From contig NW_025765858.1 in NCBI RefSeq assembly GCF_003918875.1, positions 248,001 through 312,000 on the forward strand: a stretch of DNA of 64,000 bases, in the 5' to 3' direction. The stretch is from Haliotis rubra (Eukaryota). The position numbers were made by a program, and so were the translations under genes. This document shows positions 1 through 14,500 of the stretch, in pieces; the stretch's first letter is position 1; the number at the start of each line of letters is the position of its first letter. The notes below the pieces were generated by a model that saw only the letters and a program-made list of their open reading frames with translations, was not told where the DNA came from and did not search any database.

Positions 1-603
1 TTGGGCATTATTTTTTCATGTAGAAATATGTTTTCAGATGAATTATTGCCAATAAAAGAATTAGTCATAGGTATGAAAATATTAATGTAAACACCTCAGC
101 CCAGTCGAATATTTTCGACATCCAAAAAAGAAACGAAATTGAAATCTTTCTCACTGGATTCGGTAAATCTACAAATGGTAAGTAGGTTAACAGCAATCAA
201 TCAATAATATGAGCCGATTCACACGCTTTGAGTGTTTCTCAAATGTTGTGAATACAGGAGCTGCAGGAATATGGCTTGGCATAAGGACTATTTAACTATT
301 CGAAAACCAAAGACCTCAGTTTTGTCATGCAGGCTTGTGGAGAGTTGTTCACACTGAAACCAAAGGTCCATGGGACTAGTGAAAACTATCAGCAGACTCT
401 CCCTGACCTTTCTAATGCTTGCCACCTGAAGATGTGTATATTTAGAACATACATAATGAATGAGAGCATCACATGATCTACCTGGTAGTTGTAACTGATG
501 AGTTTGACAAATATTCTCAAAATGAAGTGTGTTCGAATCATTCTGCAACTGGGACTTCTCGCGCATTTGTTTGGATTTGGATATTCTGAAAAGATTTTCT
601 TAG

Positions 604-2553
604 ATAGAAGTCCACTTTGGTCTAAAGATGTGTGAGGAAGCGTGTCATCACACCGTGGGTTGCACGTCTTACAGGTTCGTAGGTTTGGAACTAAAGTGCT
701 TTCTTAGTACGCGGACAAAAGGAAGAGCACACTGGATGCAGAAATCTAATGGGCGAGTGACAATCTTTGCGAAGCATAGTGTCATAAATAGAGTGAAAAT
801 CTATATGTTTTCCATTGTGCTTGAAATTCTTTTACAAAGCATAGAGTCAATAATTTTACAAAATGTAAATTTCAGAAATGTGGGATCTTGTAATAGATAC
901 TACATGTATTTGAAACATGGAAACCGATGTACATGGTCAAATACCATTCATTGATTACACCAGTTTAGGATATTGCGGTACCCCTGTTTAAACATTCAGT
1001 TTAGTCAAATACCTCACATAAAAGTCGACACATTGTTAGTTGTTGTTCACTTATTGCATCAGCCTATGCTACTGTGGCACTACTACCCAAACCCGTGAAG
1101 GTCCGGGTTAGAATGAGCCTTCAGTAACGTTACCCAATGCTTGTCGTAAGAGGCGACTAACGGGATCGGGTGGTCAGGCTCGTTGGCTTGGTTGACACAT
1201 GTCATCCGTTCCCAATTGCGCAGAGCGATGCTCATGCTGTTGAGACTGCCGCCATATAGCTGAAATATTGCTGAGTATGGTAGACCTATTCTACCCCGGA
1301 TCTTCACGGGTCACCGGTTCAAGAACTACTTCCAGTATGTCAACAACTGGTAAACAAGCTGTATTTTTTGCCACACAGCCTTTAATTCTGTTGTGTGGTC
1401 ACTAATATTTTAATCTGCAACTGACGGCTAATCAGCCTTCTCAACTCAAACTGATTTCAGTGACTTTCCGCTGCACTTGTTTTCTATGTTTCATGTCCAC
1501 GACTTTGATAATAGTATTTGTTTGACAATTTCAACCAATCAAGCTGCAGCTCCAAATTCCATTTGTTTTAAACTTAGGTCTACTGTTTTCCGTTGATAGT
1601 TTTCACAGTATTTCTACTACTGTTTCATCTAGGTTAATTTCTATTCTATTGCCTCAAAAGCATATAGAAAGTGTTGAAAATGTCCACCTGCTATATTCCG
1701 TATGTACAAGTGCGGAAATATTAATGCTATTCTTTTTTTCTATTCAGCAAAGAAGAAAACACTCGAAGACCTTAACATGAGGATAAGGATCCTGATCCTG
1801 TGCCCATGGGATCATAATATCTACTAGTTGCACCTACTTAATAAATCCTTGCATACATATTTAAGGGTTCCAAATTATCCTACAGTTTTTGCATACATGC
1901 CAGAATCAAGACAGATTATCATTGGATTGAAACGTGGTAAGAGAAGTAAGCTTGTGCCTTACCTGACACATGATCTTCAACTTGGTGTTATAAAATCGAA
2001 TTATTTTTACTCAATAGCAGTTGACGAAAATTGTCGTTTGATATTTTTAAGTGTCAGGAGATGAAACATTCTAAAGATATCCCTGAATTGGTATGTTGTC
2101 GACAAAATAATGAAAGCACCTCGAAACCATTTTAATAGAAATCTCGTGATATTTCCAAGATATAAGACATTGTATGTATCCTGTGAGCGAGGGATATTTT
2201 CTGTGTCATACGATGACAAATACGAGTCGGTTTTCAAAGTCAAACAACGTTTTCCCGTTTTAACCATTGACCCAACGCATAGTGTTCTATATTATAGCAT
2301 AAAAAATGTTCTGTACACAATGTGTTTGAAAACATTTCATTCAACTCGGATGTTCAAACTTGTGGATACTCCCATAGGGATTGAGTATCATAGGAAACGT
2401 ATGTATGTAACAAGTATACATGATAAAACGATTCAAATAGGCCTCATGGACAATTGTCCAAGTTTCAGTTTGATCTGGACATATACAATGAAGAGAAAAG
2501 CAGATGACCTCTTCAGGTTTTATTTGTATTCTCCGAAAGCTGAAAGTGTCTAG
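604..2553 (+). pseudogene. Probable pseudogene: PAN/apple-like exon plus a long beta-propeller-like exon with in-frame stops
   Basis: After the acceptor tag|604 the frame reads IEVHFGLKMCEEACHHTVGCTSYRF..KCFL, a C-x3-C-x5-C..C PAN-like spacing. After ttcag|1748 one frame runs to the stop at 2553 (ORFs 1828-2064 and 2110-2553 are in the same frame) with TAG at 1825 and TGA at 2062. Motifs SIAVDE, LTIDP..LYYS and PIGIEY..MYVTS resemble propeller blades. Family assignment is by eye only. Confidence 0.45.
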
Positions 2554-5531
2554 AGGATATGAATTTTTACTCTGAATTATTCCCCATTTATCCAAGGCAT
2601 TCAAGGAATTAAATCTGCAACGTGTTCAAACCTCCTGTTTTATTTTCTAAATGAAAGTGCAATTGTAAAGTGGTGTGTCTGGAAGTAATCAAAACAATAT
2701 CACAGATATGGACTGAGAACGACAGAAATGTGAAAACTTACTTTTCAAAATGACAGGAAGAGCATTTCTCAAATATTTATCAGTTTCGATTTGAATTTTC
2801 GATTCGATTTGATGACGGCATGTTTCAAATGGATAATTTAAAGCTAATATTTCCCTTGTGATGTTGTAATTCGATTCTGTTATTTGTTTACCTCTGGTTG
2901 ACCTAAAATGATATGGTTTCTGTTTCCACGATCTCCCGTTTGTGTCACCGTGTTGAAAGTTCCATATCACCTCATACATAAAAGTAAGGACAGCACAATA
3001 TTACCTGTATAATATTGCAATTCCCTTTTCAAACGACGCGTATTGTAATAATATTCCTGGGAAATAGTGGATAGGGTAAACGAAATTTTGTCCTTATGAG
3101 TATGGTTTACGTTAAAACACTTTCATTCACCTCTAAAGTTTCCCATTGCTCTTAATTGATAAAACGACATAATCTATATGCTATGAATTGCACAAAAAGG
3201 AAAGCATCCTTAACTGTCCAACCAATGTTTTAGACGATTGAATCAATGCTACTTTAACACTTTTAGTGGTATGTACACTTAAACTACCAATGTATCGCAA
3301 TATACTGGTATACAATACATTAGTCAATACTCCCGTGAAGATCCGCGTTAGAATTGATCTTCTGTAACCCATGCTTGTTCTAAGATGCGACTAACGGGAT
3401 CAAGTGGTGACTTGCCATCGTATCCAAATTGCGTAGGTCGATGCTCATGCTGTTGATCACTGGACTGGCGGGTCCAGAGTCGAATATTTACATGCCGTGA
3501 TCAGCTGGAATATTGCTGAGTGCGGCGTTAAACAACAAGTCAACCAGTATTTGCCAATACACAGTCCTAATAAATACACTGATACTGTCCTGATCAGGCT
3601 GATATTTCCGTGTCGTTAAGAGAGTTGTTGAGAATTGTTTCTGCCAATATACGAACAAGTTCCACATTAAACCATAGGGCCTGATGTAAATTCACCAGCC
3701 TACGAGAATAACATGTTTTTGTTGCGACGCACATCGGAAAAGGCCCCAGCCGTGGTCGCGTACGAAACTTATTATGTTCCTACAGGTAAAGTACATTTTA
3801 CCTAAGGTCACTTGTTTCACAAAATTCCAAAAGAAAACTGCCTCTGTAGTGCCCCAGTTTGCCTGTCATGATAACCACCAAAGGCCACAACACATTTACT
3901 CACCACTTCCAGTTACAAAACACAAAACTGTGATGCTTGCCTTGAAACATATTATTTTTGCACTGTGTAGATGCAGCTTCAGATTCATAACCATTCTAAT
4001 GTTTCCACAAACGGCAGCATGGTATATACACATTCATAGCTCTATAAATACAGGAACGATCCCCGACCGCGTCATACCAAAAGACGTTAAAATATGGTAC
4101 TTGTTGGTCCCTGCCTGGTGCTCAGCATTAATGGGTACAACAAGGACTGGTCGGCTCGGAGTCAGTATAATGTGTCTGAGTGGGGTATTCATGCTTCACT
4201 GTGGCATGGTATCTCAGTGGGCTAGCATTATAAAACCACCCTCAGTCTGGGCTAGTACAAGCAGCCACACATACACACGCATGCACGTCGTCATATGGGC
4301 GAAATATTCTCAAGCACGACGTTAAACCCAATTTCACCTACAGCATTTTAAAGATATGACTTGCAGAAAATGGTATTTAATAAGAAATATATACACATAA
4401 AACCCACGGAAAAGGAAATAAAACTCTTTCCTTAATGAAGAATTCTGTGTAAAAGAGATGCTTAGACTCTCAACATCTTTCTAACGTGTGTTCAACTTAT
4501 TTATTGGAACTTTCAGCAAATGTGTTTTTAGAATGCGACAGCTACAAAGTCATTTTGCGTTGTTCAAAATAAACAAACCATGTGTTGGGGTCTCCTGCTC
4601 CCAACAAAGACACACACATTCAAGCTGCAGGCCGTGCATGTAAATGCACGACCTTAGTGTCGGGAAGCTGTCTTTAAGCGAGTGAGTGAGTGAGTTTGGT
4701 TTTATGCCGCTTTTAGCAATATTCCAGCAATATCACGGCAGGGGACACCAGAAATGGGCTTCACTCACTGTATCCATGTGGAAATCGAACCTTCGGCGTG
4801 ACGAGCGAACGCTTTGGCAACTAGGTTACCCCACCGCCCCTGTCTTTAAGCACATATACACAAAACTACATTATTGATAGATTTTATTACTAAACTTTTA
4901 AGGAGAACGGTTTCACAAATGTAGACAGTAAATATCTAATGTCAGTCCTTCTTGAATAAACATTGAGCTAAACATTGCCGATCCGTATCAACCACGCCAT
5001 TATATCATGTTTGACATCCAAAAATACTTCTACACACTAGCATCTATGTTATTGGGGAAAATATACTTTGATCAGTAAACACATTAATTAAAACACTTTG
5101 AAAACATCAGCTGTTGTATGAAACAAATGCTCGTAGCACTACGTCATGCGTAAGCGTATGATAAACTATATAGCTAGGATAGCTCGTAACGCAACCAACT
5201 CTTATTGGATCGAGACCCAGTATTACATTAACATACGTTCCACCATGTCACAAACTCACTTATCCCTGCCGATAATTGGTCAACCACAATTTCATGAATT
5301 ACAGCCGTATACATATGCACAGAACTTGGAGTGAGTGAGTATGGTTTTACGCCGCTTTTAGCAATATTCCAGCAATATCACGGCGGGGGACACCAGAAAT
5401 GGGCTTCACACATTGTACCCATATGGGGAATCGAACCCGGGACTTCAGCGTGACGAGCGAACGCTTTAACCACTAGGCTACCCCATCGCCCCCCACAGAA
5501 CTTGCATAACAAAATATAACCCATGAACGCT

Positions 5532-8500
5532 TCATAGTACAGTTCCTTTGGTCCATGGCTTGATCTTGCGTTTTGTAACCAGTTCCCCTCGTGGCGACAT
5601 CGTTTCCGGCGGAAGTGTTGCAAGATACACAATGGTGTCTGCACCTGCAAAAGAGTCAGTGAGTGAGTAAGGTTTTACGCCGCTTTTAGCAATATTTCAG
5701 CAACATCACGGCGGGGGACACCCGCAAAAGAACTTCACATACTTTACCCATGTGGGGAATCGAACCCGGGTTTTCGATGTGAGGTGCCAACGCTTTAACC
5801 ATTCGGCTACCCACCGCCCCACGTGCAAAAGAACGCAATATAGCTTTCTGTTATACGGTCATACTACTTCGCAAACACTAACGTCAAAACAATATTGAGT
5901 GTTGTTTGTAGTGAAATCTTAGCCTAACACTAGCTCTCTTCATCTCACAAATCAACTCCATTTTTTTTAGGATACCGTTACATCTTCCCATGCACTGAAC
6001 ATCAAACCATTTCTGAACGTCGCTTGGTGGCCTTTCAGACCAGGCAAGCTGATAAAACAAAGCTGGTAGGTTCTTTCTAAAATGCAAACCCGAACGAAAA
6101 CATAAACTCCATAGCTTTGACAGCAATGTATCTGCTCATACTATTACGATTCCATTAGAGGTTCTCAATATAATCAATGTTTCCCACACGACCTTCATCA
6201 AATATTATTTCTCCAGCAGTGTCAGAAACTGTTCAAGGCCATTAAGATGTCAAGAAAGCCCTAATACACGTTTTCATGCTCTATAAATGCCTGTTACAAG
6301 GATGACATATGCATGGTTGTGTCGTATAGTAATTAATGTTGAATATTCATTTTGACTAATCGTTACATACTCAAGAGAAAATTAGTTCTCGGTACTACAA
6401 TAAGCAACAAAATGTATTATCTCCCTTACCGGAAACAAATATGACGCTGTACTACCGCAGAGAAACAACCGATACTGATGTATAACATAGTTTATGCATA
6501 ATTTATTTTCCCTGAGAAATACAAAATCATTTTAGAAGGAAATCATTCTTGGGCATACGCAAATTTAAAGAGTAAATTAATTATTGTTTAATATGCTTAG
6601 CATGCCATACTGGAAACAATACTAGCTATGAAAACAAAGAGTAAAGTGTGGATATTCTGATTGATATTTGACATCAGTTGGTCTCGGCATATATACATTA
6701 TATGATTAAAGCAAAATTGCTTTGAATGAGAATTGAGTGACATTTGGGTACAGTGTAAGAAAGTCAACAGTGAGTGAGGGAGTTTCGTTTTACGCCGTAC
6801 TCTGCAATAGTCCAGCTATATGGCGGCGGTCTGTAAATAATAGAGTCTTGACCCGACAATCTGGACAGTGATCACCATTATGAGCATCGATCGACACAAA
6901 TGGGATACGATGACATGTGTCAACCAGCCTAGTCAAGTCAGTGAGCCTAACCACCCGATCCCGTTAGTCGACTCTTACGACAAGCTTTGGTTACTGAAGA
7001 TCAGTTCTAACCTGGATCTTCAGGTCAGAAAGTCTACAAAAGCACACTAATCAAGAGAAGTGATCTGACTTCGATCGGATCTGCATTGTGGCAATATTTT
7101 GCAAAGGCAACACTGCCAACAAAAACAAAGATTTCAAAGTAGTTTCACTGTGTAAAGTGCAACCTATTGACCGGCAATACGGCCATGTGCAATTGCAGAA
7201 TCTATGGGGCTGTGTCAACGTCCGATGCTGGCCACCGTTCCAATTAAGATTTATGTTTTTTGTTTGTTTGTTGTTTATGCCATACTCGGCAATATTCCGG
7301 CTATTTGGCGGCAGTCTCTAAATACTTCGAGTACCAGACAATCCAGAGAACAACAACATGAGCATCGATCTACGCACTTGGTGCTCATGCTGTTGATCGC
7401 AGGATTTCCATTAAGAGTGAGTGAGTGAGTGGGTATGGTTTTACGCTGCTTTTAGCAATATTCCAGCAATATTCCAGCAATATCATTGCTGGGGACACCA
7501 GAAATGGGCTTCACACATTGTACTCATGTGGGGAATCGAACCCGGGTCTTCGACGTGACGAACGAACGCTTAAACCACTAGGTTCCCCCACCGCCACTCG
7601 ATTCCAGTTAAGAAGGACAAGCAGATTTTGTTTTCGAACAGGGACGTTAAGTTTAAGTTTTAGTCCTAAAAATATTTCACACAGTTTTCGTTTATAATTT
7701 GTTGTAATATATGATAAAATTTACCATCATCCAACAATTACGTACGGTACATATTTACACTACCGTACCAGACTGAACGGGTGATTTGTAAGAAGACAAC
7801 ATCTGAAATATCTGAAAGTACCTTCTTCCGCCGAATTGGTCGCAGTCTGACCACCCATGTCTGTTCTGCACCACCCTGGACAGCACTACAACAGACAACA
7901 GACTTACAGGACATAGTAACATATGCTCTGATATAGCAACATATGCTCTGACATAGCAAGATATGCTCTGACATTGTAAGATATGCTCTGACATAGTAAC
8001 ATATGCTCTGACATAGTAACATATGCTCTGACATAGTAATATGCTCTGACATTGTAACATATGCTCTGACACAGTAACAGATGCTCTGACACAGCAACAG
8101 ATGTTCTGACACAGTAACAGATGCTCTGACATAATAACATATGCTCTGACACAGTAACAGATGCTCTGACATAGTAACATATGCTCTGACATAGTAACAT
8201 ATGCTCTGACATAGTAAGATATGCTCTGACATAGTAAGATATGCTCTGACATAGTTACATATGCTCTGACATAGTAACATATGCTCTGACATAGCAACAT
8301 ATGCTGACATAGTAACAAATGCTCTGACATAGTAACATATGCTCTGACATAGTTACATATGCTCTGACATAGTAACATATGCTCTGACATAGTAACATAT
8401 GCTCTGACATAGTAACATATGCTGACATAGTAACATGATCTGACATAGTAACATATGCTCTGACATAGCAACATGTGCTGATATAGTAACATATGCTCTG

Positions 8501-11500
8501 ACATAGTAACAGATGCTCTGACACAGTAACAGATGCCCTGACACAGTAACAGATTCACTTACATAGTAACAGACGCAGTTTACACATATTTTGACATACT
8601 ATCAGTTTCTCCAGCTACGTAACAAATACAATGGCACTTTAAACAACACACTGAAGTAACACTGACCAACTAAAAGTACACCTTTGACAGAAAAACAACA
8701 TAATGACAGACACTGTGTCAGATATACCGACATTGTTACATGGTCAAGGATCACACCTTCAAAACCAACTCACCGCATTTACAACCACGTCAGTTTTTCC
8801 TTCTCTATCTAACAGCCTCTGTTGGATCAGCGACATCGTCGTCACGCCTATTTTAGACACGCCGTATGCCGTCTCTGGCCACGTCTGACTATAGGTCCCC
8901 GATGAAACGTCACTACAACATAACCAAGGCCAGTTACATTGAACAATTTAACTAATAGATCAGTTTCATTTGCCGCAACGACGATTCAACTGCAAGTCTT
9001 TTTTCAATAAGGGGCCGAGGAACCTACTTCTGGTACAGGCGAGCAAATGACGAGCTGGTCCAGCTATTTGTGTGTCATCGAATCCCGTCATCATATTCAT
9101 CAACTGCAAAGTGGCCCGTCCTGAAAAGTGACTAAAAAGATCGTGTGGTCAGGCTCGCTGACTTTTTTAAGCACGTCATCGTATCCCAATTGTGTAGAGC
9201 CATACACACAATGTCGATCACTGAACTGTCTGGTGTCAAGGTCGATTCCTTTACAGACCGCTGCGATATAGCTGGGATATCGAAAGTAAGGCGTTAAACA
9301 ACTAACAAAACAAACAAAATCAAACATTTCAAAACGACGCACTCAGAAACATATCAAGTCTGGACCCGACAATCCAGTGATCAACCGCATAAGCATCTAT
9401 CTAGGCAATTGCGATACGATGACATGTGTCAACCATGTCAGCGAGCTTGGGCACCTGATCCCGTTAGTCGCTCCTTACGACAGGGTGGGTTACTGAAGAC
9501 CCATTCTAACCCGGATCTTCACGGGGAGACGAGCATGGGTTACTGAAGATCTATTCTAACGCGGATCTTCACGGGTCGTAACTTATTGTGAGTGAGTGAG
9601 TGAGTTAAGATTTAAAGTCACATCGGCAATATTTCACCCGTATCGTGACTAAAACTAGTTCTAAATTCATAAAACATACATATAATATATACAACCCTGT
9701 CAACGAAGGACAGTAAAACCACTAGATTATCACAGATTGAGTTAAAACTAGCTAGCATATATCTTTAAAAGTAGAAAATTATTCCTGGACAATACAATGT
9801 AAAAACTGGCTATAGATCGCCAACAACTGAAGGTAGATCACCATACTAGGGACCATGGGGATTTACAGTACCTTTGCTACCTGCATGGACCCTGGTTGGA
9901 TTTACACCATCCTTTCAGCCGCTGGCGATTGTAGGACAAGTTTAGCCGAAATTTAAAGGAACAAATATACTACGTTTAAAAATCGGGTGAGCAAATATTT
10001 AACTTTGAAAGTTTTGGGACTTACGTACCCTCTCAGCGTAACTTATTGTGACAAGTAAAGGATACATGAATGCCTCCAGGCCACAAGGACCCGTACACGC
10101 TTGAAACTATGGACCTGGCACGGAATCTGCCATATTGTGAACACTGCTAGGGCAAAAGGGCGATACCTTGTCTTATCCCGTCCCGATCGTTGTACTCCAT
10201 CCTGATAAAATGCAGACATTGATCACTGGCGAATATGAATGGTTATTTAACTCAATACATTGGTTGTGGGGGAACTGATACTCATCTGGAACATCTTCAA
10301 TTACATCAAGACAACATACTTTTCAAATGTCTCCATCAAGCTTTCAAGTTCATCCAGTGTAATGTGAGGGGAGGTAAATCTTCCTTTGAGGTCCTTCGCG
10401 CATTTATTCAACGCTGTGCTTCCAAGCATGCTGGACACGTTCACTACCCTGTAACAAACAAAGCAGAACACTGGACTACCGTGGCCGTCTCACTACCGTA
10501 AGAGGTGAGGTGAGGTGAAATTGGGTTTTACGTCGTGGTTGAGAATATTTCGCTCATATGACAAAGTGCATGCGTGTGTATGTGTATGTGCGGCTGCTTG
10601 TACTAGCCCAGACTTATGCTGGTTTTATAGTGCTAGCCCACTGAGATACCATGCCGCAGTGAAACATGAATATCCCACTCAGACACAGTATACTGACTCC
10701 GAGCCGACCAGTCCTTGTTGTACCCATTAATGCCGAGCGCCAGGCAGGGACCAACAAGTACCATATTTTAACGTCTTTTGGTATGACGCGGTCGGGGATC
10801 GAACCCGTGACCTTCAGCACTCCGGGCGGACGCTTTAACCACTACACCACGGAGGAGGTCCACTACTGTAAGAGAGGCGGTGGGATAACCAAGAGGTTAA
10901 AGCGTTCGATCATCACGCATAGAGCCCGGGTTCCATTCCCCACATGGGTATAATGTATGAAGCCCATTTGTGGGGTCCCCCGCCGTGATATTGCTGGAAC
11001 ATTGCCGAAAGCGGCGTAAAACGATACTCACTCACTCACTACCGTAAGAGGAGACCATTGCAATAATACTTCAATTGTTTAAAGAGCAAATACGTTGCAT
11101 CACTTCTTGCGATGCGATATGTCATACTGGTGTAAGTGATTCCAGGAATTCTGGGAACGTGTGATATCCTGGAAGTGCATGATATCCTCAGGGTACTGGA
11201 TAACCCCAAAATGACAGGTAACCTTTCGAGGCTGAACATCATTGGGGTGTGAGACATTTTGAGGATCTGGTAATACTACCGGCTGCGGTTTTACCTGTGG
11301 CATTGAAATATCAAACGTAGGGGATGACCTTAAGGATGGACATGCCAAACATGTGTGAACGGTATCCTTGATGTAGGAGACACTATAAACTCCTCTAACT
11401 GCGCTGCATGACATTCTGAGATGGGATGTCAAACCCCATTTCACCGCACCATCTCTTGAGATGGGACGTCAAACCCCATTTCACCTCACCATCTCTTGAG

Positions 11501-14500
11501 ATGGGACGTCAAACCCCATTTCACCGCACCATCTCTTGAGATGGGACGTCAAACCCCATTTCACCTCACCATCTCTTGAGATGGGACGTCAAACCCCATT
11601 TCACCGCACCATCTCTTGAGATGGGACGTTAAACCCCATTTCACCGCACCATCTCTTGAGATGGGACGTCAAACCCCATTTCACCTCACCATCTCTTGAG
11701 ACGGGACGTCAAACCCCATTTCACCTCACCATCTCTTGAGATGGGACGTCAAACCCCATTTCACCTCACCATCTCTTGAGATGGGACGTCAAACCCCATT
11801 TCACCGCACCATCTCTTGAGATGGGACGTCAAACCCCATTTCACCTCACCATCTCTTGAGACGGGACGTCAAACCCCATTTCACCGCACCATCTCTTGAG
11901 ATGGGACGTCAAACCCCATTTCACCGCACCATCTCTTGAGATAGGACATATGATAAGGGTACAAGGGATTCTCAGGCAGCAGTATTTTCTTTGCGTGGGA
12001 GACATCCTCAGTGTGTCAGGCATACTATAGTCTATAAGTCTGTCTAGATGTGAGATATTCCCTAAAGGGGGGCAATATTCCAGCAATATCACGGCGGGAG
12101 ACACCAGATATGGGCTTCACACATGTGGGGATTCGAACCCGGGTGACGAGCGGACGCTTTAACCACTAGGCTACCCCACCAGCCCCCATATTCTATGAAA
12201 ACTACATGTAAAAAGGGTTCGAGATTTCATAAAGATGGAAGATATCCTAAGAGGCCGAGGTTTTGGGACGTAGTGATACACTTCGATGAGCCATCATGCC
12301 ATCAGAGTATTCAGAGACCATCGAGCTTCGACCCAGGTGAGATAGAGCTGTTTCTTGTGTACTGGGAATGATCTATGTATTTCGGCTCATAATAAACTGC
12401 GTTGGCCATAAAGATCATACCCAAAACCCGATGCTTGTTCCAGCTTACTAAGAAATAGATCAGGGTCCGTTTCACTATGCGATGGTAGTGTTGAGGAAGC
12501 TCCCTTATTTTAAGACAAACTGTTGTGACGCAATAATCGAGAGGTTACCTTGCATCGGAGCGGAGGAGCGGGAAGAATGTTTTGCACACGTTAAGATTGG
12601 CCCAGAAGTTGACCTTCATCGTGGTCTTCACCTGTTCTTCAAAGGGGGACGTGGATGACCTCTGAAAGATATATAAGGTCCAGTGTAGCCGATTTGAACA
12701 TTGAGTGAGTGAGTTGGGTTTAAAGCCACTTTGAACAGTATTCCAGTTTTTTTACGACGTGTCAGTTTGTTGTGGTATTAAACCCCGAAGTGATGACCGA
12801 AATGTTTTCCACTTTTGTGGGAATCATTAGTGCATGAAAGCAGATTAACAACCTGGGATCAGGAATTTGAACCGACGACCCTTCTCATGGTAAACTGACG
12901 GGCTGAAGAAACGTAACCACTTTGAAATTGAAAATACCATGCAAATATTGGTCTGAGACTTTGGTGAAACAACGAGCACGGACCTGGTGTTGACAAACAT
13001 TGAAACATAATAAAGTCGAGTGAGTGAGTTTAATTTTACGCCGCATTCAGCAATATTCCAGCGTTATGGCAGCGGTCTATAAATAATCAAGTCTGGACCA
13101 GACAATCCAGTGATCAACAGCATGAGCATCGATCTGCGAAATACGGAACTGATGACATGTGTCAACCAAGTCAGCGAGCCTGACCACCCAATCCCGTTAG
13201 TCGCCTCTTACGACAGAATGGTTTACTGAAGATCAATATTCTAACCCGGACCTTCACGGGTTAATTAGGTCGAACATGGGATCTTAACGACCATAGTTTC
13301 CTGGCATACCTAAGGGACGTAACCCATATAGCGCCAGTATCCCTTAAATATATTTTGGAAGTCCTACCCCAAACATGATACCGGCGTTGTTGACCAGGAC
13401 ATCCAGTCCGCCATATTTGTTTGACAGATGTGTTGCCAGGGATGCAATGCTTGTCTGGTCAGTGATGTCCAGTTGGAAGAACTTTGGTTTCAGACCAGTC
13501 TGTTCCAGGCTAGCTACCGCTGCTCGACCCAGACTCTCGTTCCTCGCTGCAGGAAAAAGAGAATCATACAAAGCGGTGTGTCAGTCATTAGTATGGTGTC
13601 GGGGCACTGGTGTGCGTGTTTACGGGTGATGAGCACGACTGGGAGTTACCTCGCTTGGCCAAGCTAGTGTGAGTGAGTATGGTTTTACGCCGCTTTTAGC
13701 AATATTCCAGCAATATCAGGGCGGGGACACCACAAATGGGCTTCACACATTGTACCCATGTGGGGAATCTAACCCGGGTTTTCGGCGTGACATATTGTAC
13801 CCATATTCGGCGTGACGAGCGAACGCATTAACCACAACCCCTGTTCATCTTTATCACGTTCAAATACATGTGTCCCTCCGATGCGTGAGTGAGTATATGG
13901 CTTTATGTAGAGCGTAAATGCTCCTAGTGGTCAGACAACAGCATTTATAGCTGATCACCCTGCTCTATTTCTAGAGTACATTATTACTAGGGCTGGCTAA
14001 AATTATCGATTATGGGAAATGTCGTCGATAGGGAAAATTATTAATGATTATTTGTATGAAAATTGTGCGCTTACTCAAACGTAAGTCTTTATTCAGGACG
14101 CTGAATAAACATGTCTACACTGCAGAGGCCCAGATAAGCTGCGTATCGGGGTAAAATACGCATAGAACATTTCCAATTACGCATTGAAAAATAATTATTG
14201 CGTACTAATTACGCATTTAAAATGTAACATACGCAAAAAGTTTAAAACAAATGCTTCGGAATATATTTATAAAAATCGCTTGCGTAATGAAAAAGACATC
14301 GATTGCTATCAAGCTGTACTGTTAGTATAGGACTAGTGTTGTACTGTCAGTATAGGATGAGTGATCTTTTATGAAATCATTTCCATTATATTTAGGTTGG
14401 TTTTGATTAGGTATGACATAACGCAGAACATACCTGCTTAGTAAACTTACTCAATGACGTAATACTTAGGTGAGTAAAATGACTGAAATACGCACATATT

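Noticed and set aside
3774-4325. 183-aa ORF and its apparent paralogs at 20250, 27273, 51651 and 62551
   Set aside because: The shared peptide is the chance translation of SINE family 1.
7738-8558. Long Cys/Tyr-rich ORFs (190-267 aa)
   Set aside because: They are translations of the 20-bp minisatellite in several frames. Only 7822-7885 is a real CBR exon.
11417-11943. Regular 40-bp repeats as a CRISPR array
   Set aside because: The units are head-to-tail with no unique spacers, there are no cas genes, and the array lies in a eukaryotic intron.
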